This document shows, piece after piece, positions 58,801 through 64,000 of a stretch of 64,000 nt of DNA. How positions within the stretch are numbered: position 1 is the stretch's first letter; each line of letters opens with the position of its first letter. Both the position numbers and the translations under genes were made by a program. Below the pieces are notes generated by a model. The model saw nothing but the letters and a program-made list of their open reading frames with translations, was not told where the DNA came from and made no database searches. The DNA is from Eledone cirrhosa (taxonomy: Eukaryota): NCBI GenBank assembly GCA_964016885.1, contig OZ024742.1:129828001-129892000 (forward strand). Reading direction: 5' to 3'.

Positions 58801-59246
58801 TCGTCGTAGCCGTCACAATGTTAGCCATCCACGGGCGAAACAAAGAGGAGTGCTCGCATTCTCGTCCACGAGGTGAATTTGACTTTAACTTTGGCATTTT
58901 CGCCCTGGGCGTCCAGATTTTTCTCTCCCTTCCACTCTCCAGGATTCCGCAGTCCGTCCATCCATCCATCCATCATATATCGAAGGCAACCGTGCAAGCG
59001 ATAGTATAGGCCTCTGGCTTATGATTGGTCCGCGTAATAATAATAATGGTGATGCGTGTGGGGGGGGGGGGTCTCTGGCTTATAATAATAATAATAATGG
59101 TGATGCGTGTGGGGGGGGTCTCTGGCTTATAATAATAATAATAATGGTGATGCGTGTGGGGGGGGGGTCTCTGGCTTATGATTGGTCCACGTATTAAGAA
59201 TGGTGGTGTGTGGGGTGGGGTAGCTAGCTGGAAGGTTATGAATGTT
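55839..59246 (-). mobile_element. RTE LINE copy 3: 5'UTR present, ~490-bp internal deletion in the endonuclease, remainder of the ORF open
   Basis: Uninterrupted 793-aa ORF at 56232-58613; 58822-59246 is homologous to 63113-63450. Confidence 0.95.
56232..58613 (-). CDS. RTE ORF: end of APE endonuclease, reverse transcriptase, PHD-like finger, C-terminal region (N-terminally incomplete)
   Basis: RT motifs DLEKAFD, QGSVLSP and YADD; C-x2-C..C-x2-C..H-x2-C..C-x2-C insert. Confidence 0.85.
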   Translation of the reverse strand: MSVVNTKSLPHEECTSQHRLIISDLIVRTRRTRQKKRTILRRKLWKLKDPTAKNKFQNILLDAFDSKEEHLESDNIEGQWEFLKANLLLATDEVCGWSRPVGRRRVTWWWNSKVEGPIKAKKQAWKVWRDGGSRVDYQVARREARREVYLARREAEERKFKHVLQRDDQKREVFRIARQCVKENRDIVGEKCVLNDDGILAITDTDKKVAWKCHYERLLNEENKWEKDSLPHIDPIEGPAVLVEGSIISKAIKDMKTGKAAGPSEIVAEMLKASGTVGHTMVTRIVNQVVQNGVVPKDWHSSIIVNCYKGKGDALDRSNYRGIKLIDQVMKVTEKVIAQLIRERIDLDEMQFGFVSGKSTTDALFIVRQLQEKFLAKGKPLYLAFVDLEKAFDRVPRSIIWWALRKLGVDEWLVRAIQAMYKGTISKVRINNEYSEEFSVKVGVHQGSVLSPLLFIIALQAITEEFKTGCPWELLYADDLTLIAESMAELEKKFQTWKHSLESKGLKINLAKTKVLVCRKENKAAVPSGKWSCSVCRKGIGRNSILCPKCKVWVHKRCSGITGKLTKNIDFTCGRCSGAISSSKCPQNTSSFNCAEGSIEIVDSFRYLGDKISSGGGCSESTVARVRTGWKKFRELIPLLAAKGFSLKMKGRLNDACIRTAMLHGSETWALCAEDIRRLERNEACMLRWMCNSNIRERQSINELRKKLEIRGIRCCLLERRLRWYGHVMRMKVDSCITKCRAIKIDGSHGIGRPRKTWDELINSDITHLHLSKTMSLDRDLWRYSVTEKTRLT

Positions 59247-59399
59247 TAACAAGCGATTTACAGTTAATGAGTAATTAGTAATTTCAGTTTGGAATTAGTT
59301 TTTCATTGATAATCCCAGAAAACATAATACCTGCTATTTAACTAGCTAGGTTATCTATCTATGCTCTGTACTGCATGGAATTTTGATCTCAGTGTTATT

Positions 59400-60570
59400 A
59401 AGGGCTAAGGTATTAAGTTTGGGTTTGGTGGTAGATACTGCAGGGATGCTCAGTTATTTGAGGACATATCTTTTAATAACTCTAACATTTTTCTAACTTG
59501 TTCTGATTATCACTGTTCATCAGATAAATGATGACAAACATCAAGCAATTGAAAAGGCATGCTATAATTGTTGCCTTAAATGCAAAGCATAGAGAGTTAG
59601 AGCTTGCTCACTTCCTGAAAGTTACACAGTTGTTTGCTAAAAGCTGGAAATTGCTAACGGGGATTCTACAGAAGAAGCCAAACATAAAACGTCTGCTAAG
59701 GGTCCTAATACAATCAGAACAACCAAATTTGTATGAAAGGTGCAGAAAATTATCAATAAGAATAAAAAAAGTTAATTAGTGCTATTGCTAAGGAGCTCAA
59801 GGTTTCAAGGCAGACTATCAGAAGAATTATGGATGAGGAGCTTCAATACGAATTATATGTGATGCGGGGAGGCCAATTGATGTCTGAAAAAACAAAAGAT
59901 AACTATCAGATCAATGCAAAGACAATTGTTGAGCAAGTTGAAACACCAAGAGTCTGGAATGCTTTGGTTTTTCTCTGATGAGGAAAACTTTGATCAGGAC
60001 CAAAAGGTGAACTAAAGAAATGAGAAATGGTTATGCAGAGACCCTAAAGATGTTCCAACGGTCACATACCCAAAGCTTCTGGATATTGTGATGGTTCTGG
60101 AAGTTGTGAATAATGAGGGAAATGTTGTACCTCCTCACTTCTTTCCTTAGGGCTTAGGGATCAATGCTGCTGACTATAAGGATCTGTTGGGGAGTGTTGT
60201 GAGGCCTTGGATAGAGAATGTGAGGAAAGGAATACAATCTCCACAATCACATCCCCCCAAACATATAGCCTCCTAGCTCTCCAGATATGAATCCATATGA
60301 GGCATAGTTGAGCGGGAAGTCAATCAACTCTCCTATAACAAGTCTGTCATAATTAACATAATGTCTAAAATAGATAAAAAGCATCTAATTCAGGCATGTC
60401 AACATTTCAGACATTGCACTGAAGCAGTTATCAATGCTAACAAGTTCATTGAGTAGATTCATCAAGAAGCGTCTCAAGACTATTCATGCTGATTTTCTTT
60501 TTCAAATAAAGTTCTTCTTTCAAGACATGCGTCTTTTAATAAGTTCATGCAAATATCCTCAAGGAACTGA
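59400..60570 (+). mobile_element. Degraded Tc1/mariner (maT/rosa-like) transposon
   Basis: KRHAIIVAL N-terminus, WFFSDEENFDQDQKVN, VMV...V..EG.V.PPHFF, PPSSPD.NP; many stops. Confidence 0.7.
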
Positions 60571-62382
60571 GGTAACCTGTATCTATAGATTTTTAAGAAG
60601 GTTTTCAATAAATTTGGGGGCATGTACTAAAGAAGTCTGTTTTCCTATTTATTATCTGGGACCCACTTCTTATGACTTGAAAGATATTTAGCTGCTATTT
60701 TCTATCAGAAGGAGTGACCCTGTAGAAATTGTCTCGTTGATTTGAATCATTGATAGACACATTTTAGTACTGAGTTATATCTAAGTTATGTTGATTTATA
60801 TCGAAATCTAAGTTATGTTGAGTGTTTTAAGTCTAAGTTATGTTGAGTTATGTCTAAACCCTGTTTCAAGCCCAGAGGTTCAGCAGGTTGGTATTTATCC
60901 CAGTTTCCATAACATTAAGCAACTGAGAGTACAAGACATCTCCTTACACCACATGATGCCAGCCCATCACATGGTTAAAACCCCAGCTACTGCTGGTACT
61001 CATTTTCAGCTGAGTATACTGGAGCAACATGAAATGAAGTATTCTGCTCAAGAACACAACACACAACCCAGTCTAGGAATCAAAACCACAACATTATGAT
61101 CATAAGTCCAACACCTTTACTACTAGACTTTATGACTTCACTTAACTCTAACGATTTTTCTTAATTTCTATGCAAACATCATTAGCTTGATACAATACAA
61201 GATGATGAAAATGAATGGTTAGGATAAAACACAACCACCCCCATGACCACTGCCACCATCAGTTGATTTGTTAGATGGAAACTGAAAGAGGGTTCTATTT
61301 TGTATACATGTGTGTGTGTGTGTGTTTCAGTTTACCACAGCCTTCTTATTGATTATTCTTAAAACAATTAGGGACATTTGTTTATGTCCTGCATAAACTA
61401 GACATTTCACATTGTAGTGGTTCAATAAAAATTAGTAACATATGCCTTACTTATAAATAAATTATGGTTTGGCATCAGGAAGAACATTTGATCATAGAAA
61501 AACTACTTGCAAAAACTTGTATAATTTAAGTGAACATATAATAAAAGCAGATATAAAAATGATGATAATGATAATGATGATAATGATAACAATGATGATG
61601 AAGACAATGACAGAGATGATGATGATGGTGATGATGAACAAAATTTTAAAGCAAATATCAAACTCAGATTTTTTTTAATTTAATTTTTTAAACAGCATAT
61701 TTGTCCTACAAATAAAATTTAATTTAAAAAAAAACCTTCTGTTTGAAGAGAATTATCTTTAGATTCCTTCCTTGCAGACGCAAATAATGATGAAAATATC
61801 AACCATAATATAATAATATTAGATTATGTGGCAGTGATTATTTTTCTGTACTATTGACCCTTGCCTTGTATAGTTCTAAATCAAATTTTGCGCAATAAGT
61901 TTACATTTTATGTCAGATACTACATGCACTTACATGGTAAATAATGGTTAAAAACTTAAAATGCTAATAAAATGTTTGAAATAACCAATAACATTACAAA
62001 AGTTCTCAGATTCAGAGAATATCAAACACTAGATATTGGCACCTGCCTTAAAATAAACCCTTTTATTTGGCCCCTTTATTCTTTTTGGTGTTTTTAGTTT
62101 TCTTTTTCTTCTTCCGGTATGTTCCATACCCTTTCCGTACCATTATTCCTCTCCACCAAGCTTGCAGCTGTTTAAAAGACAAAAAGAATCAATGTTACAA
62201 CAAAAAACATTTAAAAGTCAATATTCTATTATTTGTCATAGATTTCATAAAGATTTATTCTTTTTCCTGTTCTTTCTTCAGCGATGTATTTGTTTGTATA
62301 TATTTTTGATGCCATGTTATTAAAATTGCTACAGCTGTCACCCACAATCGAATATGACTTGGTAGTAAGTAAAATGCTTTTG

Positions 62383-62572
62383 TTAACCCTTTAATGTTCA
62401 AACTGGCCAAAACTGGCCAGAATTCTCTACCTTTTTCTGTTGAAACTGGCTGTAACTGGCCACTCATACTGATGTTAAGGTATTGTTATCAAAATAAATA
62501 CTTTCAAAATCTCACAAATTCGATATTATGTGAGATATTATGTGAGGTAAAGCATTTACCATGAAAATACAA
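62383..62572. mobile_element. piggyBac-type MITE, right end truncated
   Basis: TTAA-CCCTTTAA start; homologous to 2469, 27685 and 40040. Confidence 0.8.
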
Positions 62573-63189
62573 TAAATGCAAGGACCCCATTCAATCATTA
62601 CCTTCTATCTCTTCTCCTTCTTATAAATTCCTTAATTCTTAATCTAGCGTATTTTCAAACCTTAATTCCTAGCGTATTTTCAAACCTCAATTCCTAATTC
62701 TAGCGTATTTTCAAAACAAAAAACAAAATCCTTTTCCTTCCTTCTTCCTTAACTCGAAACTCTCGCTTCCTCGACCCCCACCCGCTCTTACTGCGAGGGC
62801 ATGGCGGTCAAACGCCCGATACACACAATCATCATGCGCCCACCCCCTCTCTCTCTCTCTCTATATATATATATGATAGAAATTCACTTCGCCAAATTTG
62901 ATTGCTTTGCTGTCCATGCCACGATATTCATGTAACGTAATGTACATATTTTTCTTCATCTCTACCTCCACACTCCATATTTCGTATCAAGTCCAAATAG
63001 CCAATGTATTGCTAAAACAATCTACATTTTTTTTGTATTCATTAATTGTGAGATACGAAAGTTTTTGTCGTATCGAACAGAATAAAATTTTGTATTTTTG
63101 TTAATCGCTTGTTAAATGCAAGGACCCCATTCAATCATTACCTTCTATCTAGCTACCCAACACCCCTCCCTCCCACTCCCACGCACCAC

Positions 63190-63275
63190 CATTGCTATTA
63201 CGTGGACCAATCATAAGCCAGAGCCCCCACGCATCACCAGTATTATTATTACGCGGACCAATCAGAAGCCAGAGG
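63190..63275 (+). promoter_or_regulatory. Putative internal Pol II promoter of the RTE 5'UTR (repeated CCAAT units)
   Basis: ACGTGGACCAATCATAAGCCAGAG and ACGCGGACCAATCAGAAGCCAGAG; both conserved in copy 3. Confidence 0.4.
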
Positions 63276-63371
63276 CCTATACTATCGCTTGCCTGGTTGC
63301 CTTTCGATATATGATGGATGGATGGACTGCGGAATCCTGGAGAGAGAGAAAAATCTGGCCGCTCAGCGACA

Positions 63372-64000
63372 ATGCCAAAGATAAAGACAAATTCACCTCT
63401 TGGACGAGAATGCGAGCACTCCTCATTGTTTCGACCGCGGACGGCTAACATAACCCCATCGCCCCCCGCCCCCACCGCCCCCCCAAACTTCAGAGTTGGT
63501 ACCATAAATGTAGGCACCCTAAAGGGTCACGCTAACGAGGTTGTAGAAATGCTTGAACGTAAGGAGGTCGATGTTTGTTGTATTCAAGAGACCAGGTGGA
63601 GGGGTGGGTCTGCTAGATTCATTGAGGGTAAAAAACGATGTTATAAGCTTTTCTGGGTGGGAAACGACGATGGGCTGGGCGGAGTAGGAATCATGGTAGC
63701 AGAAAAGTGGGCAGATAAGATAATAGACGTAAATAGAGTGAACGACAGAATAATTAAAATACGACTTGTCCTCAATAGAACTACGGTGACAGTAATATCT
63801 GCGTACGCACCCCAATCCGGACTGCCCGGCACTATAAAAGACAGATTCTATGAGACACTGATGCTAACTACCTCCCAAATATCCGACAGTGACTATATAA
63901 TTATTGCAGGCGACCTAAATGGTCACGTTGGACAACATTGTGACGGCTACGACGAAATCCATGGAGGCTATGGGTTTGGTACTAGAAATGAGGAAGGCTC
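63372..64000 (+). CDS. RTE ORF N-terminus, APE endonuclease (partial, open to the window end)
   Basis: MPKIKTNSPLGRECEH...FRVGTINVGTL...DVCCIQETRW...GVGI...VISAYAPQ...IIAGDLNGHVG. Confidence 0.88.
   Translation, partial: MPKIKTNSPLGRECEHSSLFRPRTANITPSPPAPTAPPNFRVGTINVGTLKGHANEVVEMLERKEVDVCCIQETRWRGGSARFIEGKKRCYKLFWVGNDDGLGGVGIMVAEKWADKIIDVNRVNDRIIKIRLVLNRTTVTVISAYAPQSGLPGTIKDRFYETLMLTTSQISDSDYIIIAGDLNGHVGQHCDGYDEIHGGYGFGTRNEEG

Larger units (their letters stand above)
63113..64000 (+). mobile_element. RTE LINE copy 4, 5' end (5'UTR and start of ORF); runs off the window
   Basis: 5'UTR homologous to 58822-59246; 63935-64000 matches copy 3. Confidence 0.92.

Noticed and set aside
63390-63455. 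HDV-like ribozyme at the RTE 5' end (CACCTC..GG...GGCTAAC)
   Set aside because: I could not build the nested double pseudoknot, and the segment is in-frame coding sequence (MPKIKTNSPLGRECEH) conserved in copy 3
1-64000. Host gene exons
   Set aside because: No non-TE ORF has recognisable protein motifs; short exons cannot be excluded without RNA-seq

Overview
This is an AT-rich, repeat-saturated eukaryotic window. The SINE/RTE repertoire and (TA)n density suggest an octopod cephalopod (inference). I could not support any host protein-coding exon. The content is almost entirely transposable elements: several young RTE-clade LINE copies carrying a PHD-like Cys/His insert, a CR1-type LINE, at least four tRNA-derived SINE families, Chapaev3, Tc1/mariner, hAT and piggyBac-type elements and MITEs, a non-autonomous Helitron, a 24-bp minisatellite and a Neptune-type Penelope-like element (PLE) fragment. 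The main non-obvious signal is about 15 short islands, mostly embedded in (TA)n tracts, that carry complete or half type I hammerhead ribozyme (HHR) cores from many unrelated sequence families. They show compensatory stem changes, palindromic stem III and a U3-A8 core variant. They occur either as fold-back palindromes or as terminally redundant, ORF-less monomers of 545 and 1022 nt. This points to a diverse (TA)n-targeting Penelope/retrozyme system, possibly including a SINE with the same fold-back signature. All structures were folded by eye, and coordinates may be off by a few bases.
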